DNA of 64,000 nucleotides from contig NC_042997.1 of the NCBI RefSeq assembly GCF_006345805.1, positions 62,248,001 to 62,312,000 of the forward strand, in the 5' to 3' direction. The position numbers and the translations under genes are program-made. A model generated the notes under the pieces. It worked only from the letters and a program-made list of their open reading frames with translations, made no database searches and was not told the DNA's origin. Each line of letters begins with the position of its first letter. The stretch's first letter is position 1. The DNA is from Octopus sinensis (Eukaryota). Of the stretch, positions 38,961-50,679 are shown one piece after another.

Positions 38961-39670
38961 AAGCAAGAACAATCTTTACATTTTTTCCCCTACTGGTAAA
39001 ATCGAAGGAAGTTTTTACCATAGGATCAACAAATTAATATTTTCAGAATGATTAGTAACTTTGAATTGATCTTGTCAACGCCACGCTATATTCGTCTAAG
39101 AAAAGCTATTAGTATTTTTGTTTGTTGTAATACTTAAGTTCAATAAATTATAGTACGTATGTTTTTAGTCTTCCCCGAAATTTATTTATTTATCTTGTAC
39201 TAGACATCAGCCAGAGTCTGTGCTATGTTTGCTTCATTTATAGACTAAAATACTATAGATCATAGTTCAGAAGTTTATATGCACCCATGATAATATTAAC
39301 CAGAAGAAAATAGCACTGTCGTCTACATGAAAGTTAACCATTTCTTATATATGTTCAATACAATCTAAGTGAATAACTTTCAATATTCATAGTAAATTTT
39401 GGAAGCTTCTTTCAACCCAGTCAATGACGAGTATTTCTACTAGTATAAATATACCACGTGTGTATGTAAAGAATATTAAATTAAATAGATATAAACAGCT
39501 GGGTGCAATGTAATACCATGAAGGAAATATTTAAACGCCACTAAAGACGCCGAAGGACCTACCTAGCTAGAAATAAAAGTTAAAAAAACGTTTAATACTA
39601 TAAGAAAGGTCCAATATACATACATATACACATACATACATATATACATACATGCATACACACACAACAC

Positions 39671-39738
<68 letters not shown>

Positions 39739-39826
39739 GAGTCCTGTGTAATCCATAGGCAGGAGAGGTGCAGCTGAAGTGTAGAAAGTCCAGTAGAAGT
39801 TGGTGGGTGATGATATATATTTATAC

Positions 39827-39858
<32 letters not shown>

Positions 39859-40095
39859 TATATACATACACTGAAATGGAAAGCAACAGAACTATGAACC
39901 CAGGCTGGACCTAGTTTCGCCTATTCTGTAGGCATTTTATTTCTTGCAATGTAGGTGCTCGGCGTCCTTAGTCACACTTAGTGACGATTAAAGTTTTCCT
40001 TTACAGTATCACATTGCGCCTAGCTGTTTATATTAATTTTTAGTACACGCGTTAGCATTTCGCCAAATCAGCCATGAATATTTATGATAAAAATA

Positions 40096-40753
40096 CGAGG
40101 AGAAGTCAAAGATTATAAGCACGTTCGCCATAACATATGTTTGTTATTGTCACACTACTTTCTGCGCATGCGTGCTTATAGTTGGTACTTTTTGGTCATG
40201 TGATCGAAGTTTGAGTCTGATCGCACAATTTTTCTTTCTGGCTTTACAGTGTAAGCATGGCTGCTCCACTAGTAATGTGTACCAAAGAAGAACAAAGAGC
40301 AGTGATCCAACTTCTCTGGTCGGAAGGAGTGTCAGGTGCTGGAATTTATCAGAGGCTTCTGGCACAATACAGAGACAGTGCACTACCGCGTAGAAGTGTG
40401 TATGAGTGGATCGAAAGGTTTAAAAGTGGCAGGACAAGCGAGATGTACGAAGGGAGAGCAGGACACCTGTCAACTGACGAGAATATTCAGCAAACCGGAG
40501 AGATGGTAATAGTGAACCGGTTCACCATTACCATCTCTCGGATCATTGTACTTTGTTCTTCTTTGGTGCACATTGCTAGTGGAGCAGCCATGCTTACACT
40601 GCAAAGCCAGAAAGAAAAATGGCACGATCAGGCTCAAACTTCGATCACGTAACCACATTAGTACCAACTATAAGTATGCATGCGCAGAAGGCAGTGTGAC
40701 AATAATAAAGATATGTTATGGCAAAAGTGCGGATAATTTTTGATTTACCCTCG
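40096..40753. mobile_element. mariner-derived fold-back MITE built from two left ends
   Basis: TA|CGAGG...CCTCG|TA; about 213-bp inverted arms; ORF 40257 MAAPLVMCTKEEQRAVIQLLWSEG...VYEWIERFKSGRTS (mariner HTH). Confidence 0.9.
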
Positions 40754-40873
40754 TATATGTACTGGCAGATGTAATTGAGCAGTGACTACTGATGATACCA
40801 CATAATAGGTAAAACTAGGCTTAGTCTAAGGATTCTAGAGACGATCATGAGGCGGATTGCTTCCCTTGTCAGA

Positions 40874-40930
<57 letters not shown>

Positions 40931-41059
40931 ATATTGCGCTCTTCATACAGCATTAAGAGTTTTTTAACTTTTATTTCTAGCAATGTAGGTGCTTCGGAGC
41001 CCATAGTCACACTTAGTGACGGTTAATTTTTCCCTATATATATATACATACATACACAA

Positions 41060-41090
<31 letters not shown>

Positions 41091-41091
41091 T

Positions 41092-41137
<46 letters not shown>

Positions 41138-41586
41138 TATATGTGTGTGTGTGTATGTGTGTACATACACATGCAACACACGCGCACGCACACACATTCG
41201 CTATTAGCGACAGAAGCAGTATTAGTTCAAAATAGAACCCTATATATCATGCTTAAAACAGATATACTGAATTGGGGCTTTCCAGCAAAAATACTTTGTA
41301 GCGTTTTTTACCGACTGATTTGTAGAAAGACCCACTTCAATGATAGCTCGTGATAGCAGTGATCCAATAATTTTCCCACGTTGGAAATCTGTAAACGATG
41401 CTTAACGTTCACAAAATTAACTTAAATGTATGTATAAGAAATTTGCTTTCCAATCATATTGTTCTAAGTTCAGTCCCACTCCTGGCACCTTGGGCAAGTG
41501 CCTTCTACTATAGAATCGGGCCAACCAAAAAATTCGTGAGTAGATTTGGTTGACAGAAACTGGAAGAAGTCCATCGTATATATGTA

Positions 41587-41974
41587 CTAGCAGTATCGCC
41601 CGGCGTTGCTCGGGTTTGTTTCGATCCCTTAGAATTGGAATTTTTGAAAAGTAAAAATTTTGCATTATGTATTTTATTCTCTTTAAGTGAATATTTTTCT
41701 GGTTGAAATACATCGAAAAATAGCGACACAACAGTAAAAAAAATCGTAAAAAATAGGGATTTTCATAGAAAATAAGCACCTTTTTGATGTAAATAACTTT
41801 TGGTGTTAACATGGTCCGATTTGAAATTTTTCTTCTACGGAATGAAGAGCAAGCCTTCTTCTATCATACTTTCAATTTTGGTCAACTTGCGCCGCAGGGT
41901 CTCGGAGGAGATAGTGTTAGTTGAAGGCTACCAAACCTGCCATACACAGACAACTTCAGCTTTATATATATATA
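41587..41974 (-). mobile_element. Non-autonomous Helitron
   Basis: The - strand 3' end CCCGAGCAACGCCGGG-CGATACTG-CTAG|T is a canonical hairpin+CTRR; the 5' end reads (TA)nAAGCTGAAGTTGTC. Confidence 0.85.
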
Positions 41975-42840
41975 CGAGGGGCGTTCAATAAGTAATGCCC
42001 CTGACCCACTTCCCATAGCAGTAGAGCAACGACACTTGGCACAGTTATTAGTCTTTTTCTACATAGGAACCACCCAGAGTTACGCATTTCTTCCATCGTT
42101 TGATGCAGCTCTGGAGACCGTTTTTGTAGAAGACCCCAGCTTGGTCCTCCAACCACGACGTGACTTCAGAAATCAAGGCTGCATCATCTGGGAAACGCTT
42201 TCCTTTCAAAAACAACTTCATGGCTGGGAAGAGGTGAAAGTCTTTTGAAAAATTTTGACTCATCTTCTTGGCACATCTCCAAATTCATCCTCGAGCACTC
42301 GACGCGTTCTTGCTTCTGGAAAGGTGTGAGCAACCTGGGAATCCATCTGGCAGACACCTTTTGCATATGCAAATGGTCATGAATGATAGTTTCCACAAAC
42401 CCAGTACTAATCTTGACCTCATGGGCTATTTGGCGGATAGCTATGCGTCGATCTTCCAAAATGGCAGCCTCAACTTGACGGACAGATGCCTCATCAATGG
42501 CAGAAGGGGGGCGACCAGATCTGGGAGCTGTTTCCACAGAGTTCCGACCATGTTTGAATTCATGATGCCAGCGTTTTACAAGGTCATATGATGGGGCATC
42601 ATCACCATAAGTTACTTTCATTTCGTCAAAAGTCTCCCGTGGTGTGCGTCCTTTCAAATACAAAAACCAGATCACTGCGCGACACTCAACAGGCTCCATT
42701 TCACACTTGACTCAGTTCAAACACATGTAAATCAGAAACCACAATTAGTTCAGAGCTGTAATTTGCCACTTAATCTATAGAGATATAAATAATTGCACAT
42801 GCAAAATTTCAGCTAGATCAAACAACTGCAAGTGGGTCAG
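41975..42840 (-). mobile_element. mariner element with the DD34D core deleted
   Basis: ORF 42184..42699 has HTH motifs and WIPRLL, fused near 42240 to DFHLFPAMK...RWKKCVTLGGSYVEKD; TIR CGAGGGGCGTTCAATAAG at 41975 after TA; the other TIR is truncated at 42840. Confidence 0.92.
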
Positions 42841-43379
42841 TGTGTGTGTTTGTGTGTGTTTGAGTCTGTGTTTGTCCCCCATTACCGCTTCATAACCGGT
42901 GTTGGTATGTTTACGTGCCCGTAATTTAGCGGTTTGACAAAACGAGAATGATATGATAGCTACCAGGCTTTAAAAAAGAGTACTTACCCACCCACCTCAA
43001 CTTGGCCCTGCGATAAATTTTGAAACCATTATTTTAACTTATTTCGTTTTTGTATTTGGTTTGTAAGATTCTTGATGCGATCCCGTGTGTTGAGACAGAT
43101 TTTGTTTTATCTCGAGTGGGTTATTACACCAACAATAAACACACTGAACGAATGATAATAAAGAAGGGAAACTGAACCAGCGTGTGTGTTTTATTTTTGG
43201 CATAATGAGGTTCCTGAGATACGAAATTATTTCAGCCAATTTACAGGGTGTTCGGAGTAAATTTGACAGTTTGCATAAAAGAGAAAAGAAAGCACAGTAT
43301 CCCATCGAAAAATGAAAGTATAAAAAAAAAAAATATCAACTACAATATAGCTGATAGAAAACAGTTTACCCAAAGCAGA

Positions 43380-44045
43380 CAACCTCATCTCCTATCACGG
43401 CCTCCAGACGTCTCCGGGACCTGATGCATGCGTTCCTCGCTGTGTGGCTGAGAAGTTCTTCGAACACCTCCATCCTTCCCACCAGCTTGGCCATTAGCTT
43501 GGCTGCCAGCTTGGTCAGAGTGTTTGGTATCTTTCTCGGTCGTGCTCCACGCAGAGTAATCCATAGGATTATTAACGGAGGAATTACGAAGCCAGAAATT
43601 AGGGCTGATGAAGACGTAGAAATTATTCGATAACCACTCCTAACTCATTCCGGAGATTTGGCAGGGAACCGAATCCTGCTGTCACACATATGGCTTTGCA
43701 GCAGCAATCATCTTGAGCCAGGGATTGACCACAGTCTCCAGTAACATCACATAACAGTCTGTATTGAGCCTAAAGCTCTGTCTATCTGTTGTCGGATGAA
43801 TTCATGAATTCCGGCGTGCGTACGTAATCAGAACGCCTGTTGTCTCCCCCCATCCTGCTGGTTACGGCTTTGTAGACTCGGTTGAGCAGCAATTATGTTT
43901 GCCATTTTGGTACCCGGCGTAAATCTTCACGATGCAAGTAACTGTTTTTCAACAATCAGACGGCTTCCAGTACTGCGTGTCTAACATTTTCTTAACAACT
44001 TTAATCTTGATGCTCTCCAACGCCATTGACTGTTCACCAATATAT
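43380..44045 (-). mobile_element. Tc1/mariner-superfamily (maT/DD37D-like) transposase remnant
   Basis: YV*QQDSVPC...FISPNFWLRNSSVNNPMDYSAWS, resembling QQDxAPxH...WPPNSPDxNPxDY. Confidence 0.65.
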
Positions 44046-44679
44046 TAAGTTGTTCCTGTAAAAGGGAAACCAAAAAAATCGTTAAATTTAGTCTGAATAC
44101 CCAGTAAATACGGTGTCCCAGAATTAATGACCTATTTCAGTGAAATCGGACATATTATTAAGAAAATTTTATTTATGTTTATCATGTTTAATATGTATTA
44201 AAAGTGTATAAATTTTTAGTTTTGTCATAATTTTATAATTTTTATAATTTGTTTTATAATTTTATTTCCATTCCTGCTGGATCCCGTTTATCTGCCCACA
44301 AAAGCTTTTTCCAATGTGGCTGCAATATCTTTCTCTACCTATATCCTCAGGATGAAGCAATAGTTTAACTGAACTTTAAAAAGAGCGCTTTCAGTTTAAA
44401 GTGCAGGAGATAACTCTGAAATGCTTCAGAATGTGATTCGTAGTGCTAAGGATAGATTTGGAATTTGCAGCGATACAGAGAGAGCACTTTCAATAAAGTT
44501 GAACACTTTCAATAAAGTTTTTACGTAGGATTTATAAATCTACTTGTTTTAGTATCATAATTAAGTAATACACATAAAATCTATCAGCTCTTTTAAAATT
44601 TGCCCGATTTCATTGAAATAAACAGCTAATTCCAGAACAACTTGTATAATACCATTTTCCACTCAATATTGTTTAAGTT

Positions 44680-44868
44680 CTGTGAAGGCTTAGTGATTAG
44701 GGTGTTGGATTTATGATCGTAAGATTGTGGTTTCGATTCCTGAACCTGGCGATGCGCTGTGCTCTTGAGTAAAACACTTCCTTTCACGTTGCTCCAGTCC
44801 ACAACTGGCAAAAGTGAGTAAATCCTGCGATGGACTGACATCCCATGCAAGTGGAGAATTTATACGCC
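44680..44868 (+). mobile_element. SINE family C (tRNA head + CORE-like + V-like segment), 3'-truncated
   Basis: Aligns with the reverse complement of 52515-52777. Confidence 0.85.
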
Positions 44869-44869
44869 A

Positions 44870-45838
44870 TGGCAGAATCGTTAGCACGCCGGGCGAAAAG
44901 CTTAGCGGTATTTCGTCTGCCGTTACGTTCTGAGCTCAAATTCTGCCGAGGTCGACTTTGCCTTTCATCCTTTTGGAGTCTATTAAGTAAGTACCAGTTA
45001 TGCACTAAGGTCGATGTAATCGACATCATCCCTTTATGTGTCCTTGTTTCTCCCCTCTATCTTTAGCACCCTTATATATATTATAGGCGTTAGTAATATA
45101 TTGTTTTGGTTATATTAAATAAATAATAATATATTTTATTCTAGGAAACAAATAAATATACACATAATTATAAGTCAAAGGCAGTCACCTGGAGGAATCA
45201 TTACCACGCCGGACAAAATACTAAGCGACATTTCTTTCGGCTCTTTACAGTTTGAGTTTAAATTCCGCCGAGGTCGATTTAGCCTTTCATCCGTTCAGGA
45301 TCGATAAAATAAATATATATTGAGCACTGGAGACGATGTAATTGACTTACCTCCTCCTCTAGAATTGCTAGCCTTGTGCCAAAACTTGAAACTATTAGGC
45401 AACGACCTACCAGGATCGTTAGTGCGCTGGACGAAATATTAACAGCATTTCTTCTGGCTCTTTGCGTTTTGAGCTAAAAATCCGTTGAGGTCAGCCATGC
45501 TTTTCATCGTTTTGGAGTCGATAAAATATGTTTCTTTATTACCCACAAGGGGCTAAACGTAGAGGGGACAAACAAGGACAGACAAACGGATTAAGTCGAT
45601 TACATCGACCCCAGTGCATAACTGGTACTTAATTTATCGACCCCGAAAAGATGAAAGGCAAAGTCGACCTCGGCGGAATTTTGAACTCAGAACGTAACGA
45701 CAGACGAAATACGGCTACGCATTTCGCCCGGCGTGCTAACGATTAAATACCAGTTGAGCACTGGTGTCGATGTAATCGACTAGCCCATTTCCCAAAAGAT
45801 TCTAGGTCTTGTACCTATAGTAGAAAGAATTATGATTG
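44870..45838. mobile_element. Cluster of four SINE family B copies (44870-45072 +, 45177-45397 +, 45398-45838 + interrupted by 45529-45742 -)
   Basis: Repeated GAGGTCGACTTTGCCTTTCATCC bodies in both orientations. Confidence 0.88.
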
Positions 45839-46281
45839 TAAGTTATAATACAATGCTATACTTAATTGGTGGCTAACGCCTATAATAAATACAAGATTTT
45901 GTTCTGTATATCAAATTTTCTGTATACCGCTTAGATTTTCAATCTTTAACTTCCATTAAATATAATGCAGTCTGCAAATAAAAAAGCGGGGTCATTCACA
46001 TCCTAGTCAGTCTTTAAAATTCAATGTTTACTGTTGCTCACCGCTTAACCATTGAGATATAATTTCAACTAGCAATTTACCACCGTTTTGTAATTCGTCT
46101 GTGTAATAGCTCCGTCACCATCGTCACTAGTCGTCATCCATAACTTACAAAGAGTGGTTTACCTCATCAGCACCAAATAACGAACCCTTCAACAACTAAC
46201 ACCTTCACAAAACTCAAGTGAAGCCCAGAATGAAGTAGTGTTCCCACTTCTGTTACTACGTTTACAAATTACATCCTAGAC

Positions 46282-46460
46282 CAGTGGGTCTTAACCGGGG
46301 TTCATATAAAGATTTTGTCGTTAAAATGTTTGTGCAATTAATTGCTTAAACTTCTACAATACATGACATATTTCAATTATTTTTTATACACTTCCTAATA
46401 ATATTTAATTATAAAACGTAAAAGGGTAAATACCCCTATGGGCCACCGTGGACATATTCA
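46282..46460 (+). mobile_element. Partial hAT MITE end
   Basis: TCCTAGAC|CAGTGGGTCTTAACC resembles the 11602 element's TIR and target; the other end is not seen. Confidence 0.5.
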
Positions 46461-46719
46461 TGCCAAGTACGAAAGCATCTCTGGTTGTTTGAAACCGACA
46501 AGAAAACCGGCATTCACAATATACCTTCCACTACCCTCAAGCAATGCACCACAGAGCAAACCTCTATCCTTATCAAATTTTTCTCGTTTTACTGGGATAT
46601 CGCTTAGTCACGGAAAACGTGTTATGTATGCACATATGTATGTATATATGTATGTATGCCTGTATGTATGTTTGTGTGTGCGTGTGCGTATGTGTGTGTA
46701 TGTGTGTGTATTTATGTAT

Positions 46720-47570
46720 GTTCTTTCCACTGAAACACAAAGGGAAAACTACCCCTTCCGAATAAATGTCAGCAATTGTTTGATTCTTGCATAAACTTTT
46801 ATTTTTATTTGGAACCAAAAATTATTCATTTTGAAAGAAAACCTGTTCCAGTCAGAGAATCTTATATTGACTGCGCAAAGAATCTCACGACTAAAGTTTG
46901 CAGCAGTAGTTTGTATTGGATCTACAGCCTTCACTGTTCAAATCCTTGTCAAACATGCTACCAAAACTACATAGGGTCTACGGGATTGTCGCTCAGACGC
47001 AGATGCACTCTGCACCGACAGCAGATTACATTCCCAGGATACAGAATGATACCCTTTAGTGAATACATTGAGAGATGCGCAAAGCAACTGCAACCACAAT
47101 TTGTAATTGTTCCATTTTATCAATGTGCCATTGGAACACCGACACAAGTTATATTAAATAAGGAAGCCTACTTCATTGAAAAATATAATCCAAAACTTAA
47201 ACCATTTCTAGCATTTTTAAATAAGGAAACTTACCTCATTGAAACAAATATAACGCAGAACTTAACCACTACTAAAATTCTATTCTATCAAAACCAAATC
47301 ATGTTAAATTAATAAAACCTAATCATTCCCAACATTTTCGATTATCTCCCTGATTACCTCCTCCTATCTGGAACTCTCCTACTTCACACCATAGCGAAGT
47401 GATGACACAATATCGATGTAAAGAAATTTGAGAAATTTGAAAAGAAAATACAAACCGGTTATTTCTCCAAAAACAATGTCACTACACACAATATTTTCTA
47501 ACATTTTTCTAACATGACTAATTAAATGTATTCTTTAACCATATAACACAAGTCTTCGGTAGTTTTTTCA
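46720..47570 (+). mobile_element. Penelope-like element 3' part: GIY-YIG endonuclease ORF (46776-47312) and 3' region
   Basis: WIYSLHC..C...YIGSTGLSLRRRCTLHRQQ (xIY-YIG, conserved R, and late E in KEAYFI). Confidence 0.8.
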
Positions 47571-47602
47571 CTCTAATTTTTCTTATATATATATATATAT
47601 AT

Positions 47603-47635
<33 letters not shown>

Positions 47636-47679
47636 GTGTGTGTGTGTGCGTGTGGTGTGTGTGTGTGTGTATAAATGTA

Positions 47680-47816
47680 GGTGTAGGAGTGGATGTGTGG
47701 TAAGAAGCTTGCTTCTCAACTGCATGGTTCCAGGTTCAGTCCCACTGTATGCCACCTCGGGCCGACTAGAGCCTTGTGAGTGGATTTGGTAGACAGAAAC
47801 TGAAAGATGCTCGTCG

Positions 47817-47849
<33 letters not shown>

Positions 47850-48050
47850 GTATGTGTATGTTTATTTGTGTCCGTGTTTGCCCCCCACCCCATCGTTTGA
47901 CAATCGATGTTGGTGTGTTTACGTCCCTGTCGCTTAGCAAAAGAGATCAATAGAATAAGTACTAGGATTACAAAGAATAAGTCCTGAAGCCGATTTCTGC
48001 GGCTAAAGGTGTTTCTTTAGCATGGCCGCAACAAGTAAAAGAATAAAAGT
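47680..48050 (+). mobile_element. SINE family A
   Basis: Collinear with 29857-30280 apart from a deletion in the CORE region. Confidence 0.88.
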
Positions 48051-48111
48051 ATAAAGGAATATACGGAGCAAATAATTCAGGAAAAAATATTTGCGAAGAT
48101 ATCATTGACTC

Positions 48112-48166
<55 letters not shown>

Positions 48167-48412
48167 ATTATTATAAATGTATATACGTTTATTCTTTTCT
48201 TTTTCCTTGTTTCAGTCATTTGACTGCGGTCATGCTGGAGCACCGCCTTTTAGTCGAGCAAATCGACCTCAGGACTTATTCTTTGTAAGCATAGTACTTA
48301 TTCTATCGGTCTCTTTCGCCGAACCATTAAGTTACGGAGACGTAAACACACCACCATCGATTGTGAAGCGATGTTGGGGGTGGGGGAGAAACACAGACAC
48401 AAACATGCATAC

Positions 48413-48447
<35 letters not shown>

Positions 48448-48451
<4 letters not shown>

Positions 48452-49152
48452 AGATAAGAGATACATCTAAATCAAATATCAATTACCAGATAATACTCAA
48501 TCACATAATTTATTAAACCACTACATAAGAGACTGTAGGGTTAAATATAAAAGCAGAACAAAACAGTGTACATAAAGGAATGTACATAAAAAAGTGTACA
48601 TAAAAGAGTAATGTTGTATAATAAGTTAAATATATATAAAAGAGAATATAAATATAAGTAAATATAAATATAAGTATAGATTACATCTTACAGCTGTTTC
48701 GGCCATGTAGATAGGTACGTCTCATTTTACCAATATTAGCCCTTTATGGTTGGTCAATATATAGATATAAATGAGACATTTACAAAAATATCATAAGGCC
48801 TCTTCGGAGATTACACCCATGTAGACTGATTTTATTACCAACCATAAAGGGCTAATATTGGTAAAATGAGACGTACCTATCTACATGGCCGAAACATCTG
48901 TAAGATGTAATCTATACTTATATTTATATTTACATATATTTATATTCTCTTTTATATATATTCCACTTATTATACAACATTACTCTTTTATGTACACTTT
49001 TTTATGTACATTCCTTTATGTACACTGATTTGTTCTGCTTTTATATTTAACCCTACAGTCTCTTATGTAGTGGTTTAATAAAGTATGTGATTGAGTATTA
49101 TCTGGTAATTGATATTTGATTTAGATGTATTTCTCCATTTTCTTATCTTGTA
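48448..49152. repeat. Long fold-back: about 305-bp arms (48448-48754 / 48837-49152) with an 82-bp loop
   Basis: Near-perfect reverse complementarity with few mismatches. Confidence 0.97.
48685..48811 (-). ncRNA. Minimal type-I hammerhead motif (U4>C) spanning the loop and left arm of the fold-back
   Basis: ATCT-CCGAAGA-GGCC...GGCC-GAA-ACAGCTGT-A-AGAT. Confidence 0.65.
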
Positions 49153-49305
49153 TTAGTAATTTGTGGTAAATCATTTTACCTTTGCCCATATAATACAGTA
49201 AATGAATTAATTGCATCGCAATCATTAACATTATGTATTACTTCACTAGCAGTATATTGGATATATGTTATCCCATGGAGGGTTGCTTTTACAACCCCTA
49301 TCTCA

Positions 49306-49343
<38 letters not shown>

Positions 49344-49512
49344 CATATTATACGACGGGCTTTTTTCAATTTCCGTCTACCAAATCCACTCACAAATCCA
49401 CTCAGCCCGAAGCTATAGTAGGAGACAATTGTACAAGGTGCCAAGCAGTGGGATTGAACCCGGAACCATGTGATTGGTAACCAAGCTACTAACCACACAG
49501 CCATTCCTGCGC

Positions 49513-49534
<22 letters not shown>

Positions 49535-49544
<10 letters not shown>

Positions 49545-49919
49545 CAGTGTACATTTAAACACATTAAGAGGTTTCCATCATAGGAATCCTTTACGCTAGA
49601 AAGAACAGCTAAAGTCCAAACCACTAATTAAGGATAAATTCTCGAATGGAATGAAAAATAAAAACATTTACCATCTCTTTCCTGAACCATGGTTTCTGAC
49701 TTATTTTAGTAAATAAAATAAAATAACTTACTAAAATAACTTTACTAAAATAAGTCAGAAACCATGGTTCAGGAAAGAGATGGTAAATGTTTTTATTTTT
49801 AATTCCCTTCGAGAATTTATCCCTTATTAGTGGTTTGGATTTTAGCTGTTCTTTCTAGCGTAAAGGATTCCTATTATGGAAACCTCTTAATGTGTTTAAA
49901 TGTACACTATACTTTATAT
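49535..49919. repeat. Fold-back: about 179-bp arms (49535-49713 / 49741-49919)
   Basis: Near-perfect inverted repeat; each strand carries GAA-ACCATGGT-T-CAGG near the inner end. Confidence 0.97.
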
Positions 49920-50008
49920 GAATAATATATAGCCTATTGACTAATTTTTCTATACGCTAGGCCACTGATAGTAAAAATCTCTATAATCTTTATTACCCTA
50001 TTATTCAT

Positions 50009-50056
<48 letters not shown>

Positions 50057-50076
50057 CACACACACACACACACACG

Positions 50077-50143
<67 letters not shown>

Positions 50144-50239
50144 TCAATATAGGGTGGCAAAAAATTTTGTAGAATTTTTTTGCCACCAGCGGCCTAGTGG
50201 GAAAAAATTAAATAGTCATAGACCATTTTTAAGTTCAAC

Positions 50240-50647
50240 ATCACAATCAAGGAACGGCCATAATAGGCCATTCACCCACTAGAAATAACAGCCAAAAGCT
50301 TCAACCGCAAAATAACATCAATTCCGTAAACCAGGAGAAAATTAAAAAAACATTTACCCTGTAATTTCTTATACGATGCACCGTTTCATCTACTGTTTAA
50401 TGGTAAACTAACCTGATTAAATTAACCTGATTAAATTAAATTAAATTAAATCAATTGGCTTGATTTAATTTAATCAGGTTAGTTTACCATTAAACAGTAG
50501 ATGAAACGGTGCATCGTATAAGAAATTTCAGGGTAAATGTTTTTTAATTTTCTCCTGGTTTACGGAATTGATGTTATTTTGCGGTTGAAGCTTTTGGCTG
50601 TTATTTCTAGTGGGTGAATGGCCTATTATGGCCGTTCCTTGATTGTG

Positions 50648-50649
<2 letters not shown>
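50240..50649. repeat. Fold-back: about 184-bp arms (50240-50423 / 50467-50649)
   Basis: Near-perfect inverted repeat; each strand carries GAA-ACGGTGCATCGT-A-TAAG. Confidence 0.97.

Positions 50650-50679
<30 letters not shown>

Larger units (their letters stand above)
41425..42990 (+). mobile_element. SINE family A split by nested insertions (5' half 41425-41585, 3' half 42841-42990)
   Basis: The two halves join at the SINE's internal (TA/TG)n tract. Confidence 0.75.
48190..49513 (-). mobile_element. SINE family A split by a fold-back insertion (3' half 48190-48420, 5' half 49345-49513)
   Basis: The halves are continuous across the internal (TA)n. Confidence 0.85.

Noticed and set aside
43606-43625. 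CTGATGAAGACGTAGAAA as a hammerhead
   Set aside because: There is no stem II, palindromic stem III or stem I, and it lies antisense to a transposase remnant.
48448-50649. Long hairpins as long-read fold-back artefacts
   Set aside because: The arms carry scattered mismatches and indels, have distinct loops, sit cleanly within TA tracts or a split SINE, and share a motif geometry. This argues for real DNA, although a raw-read check is still needed.
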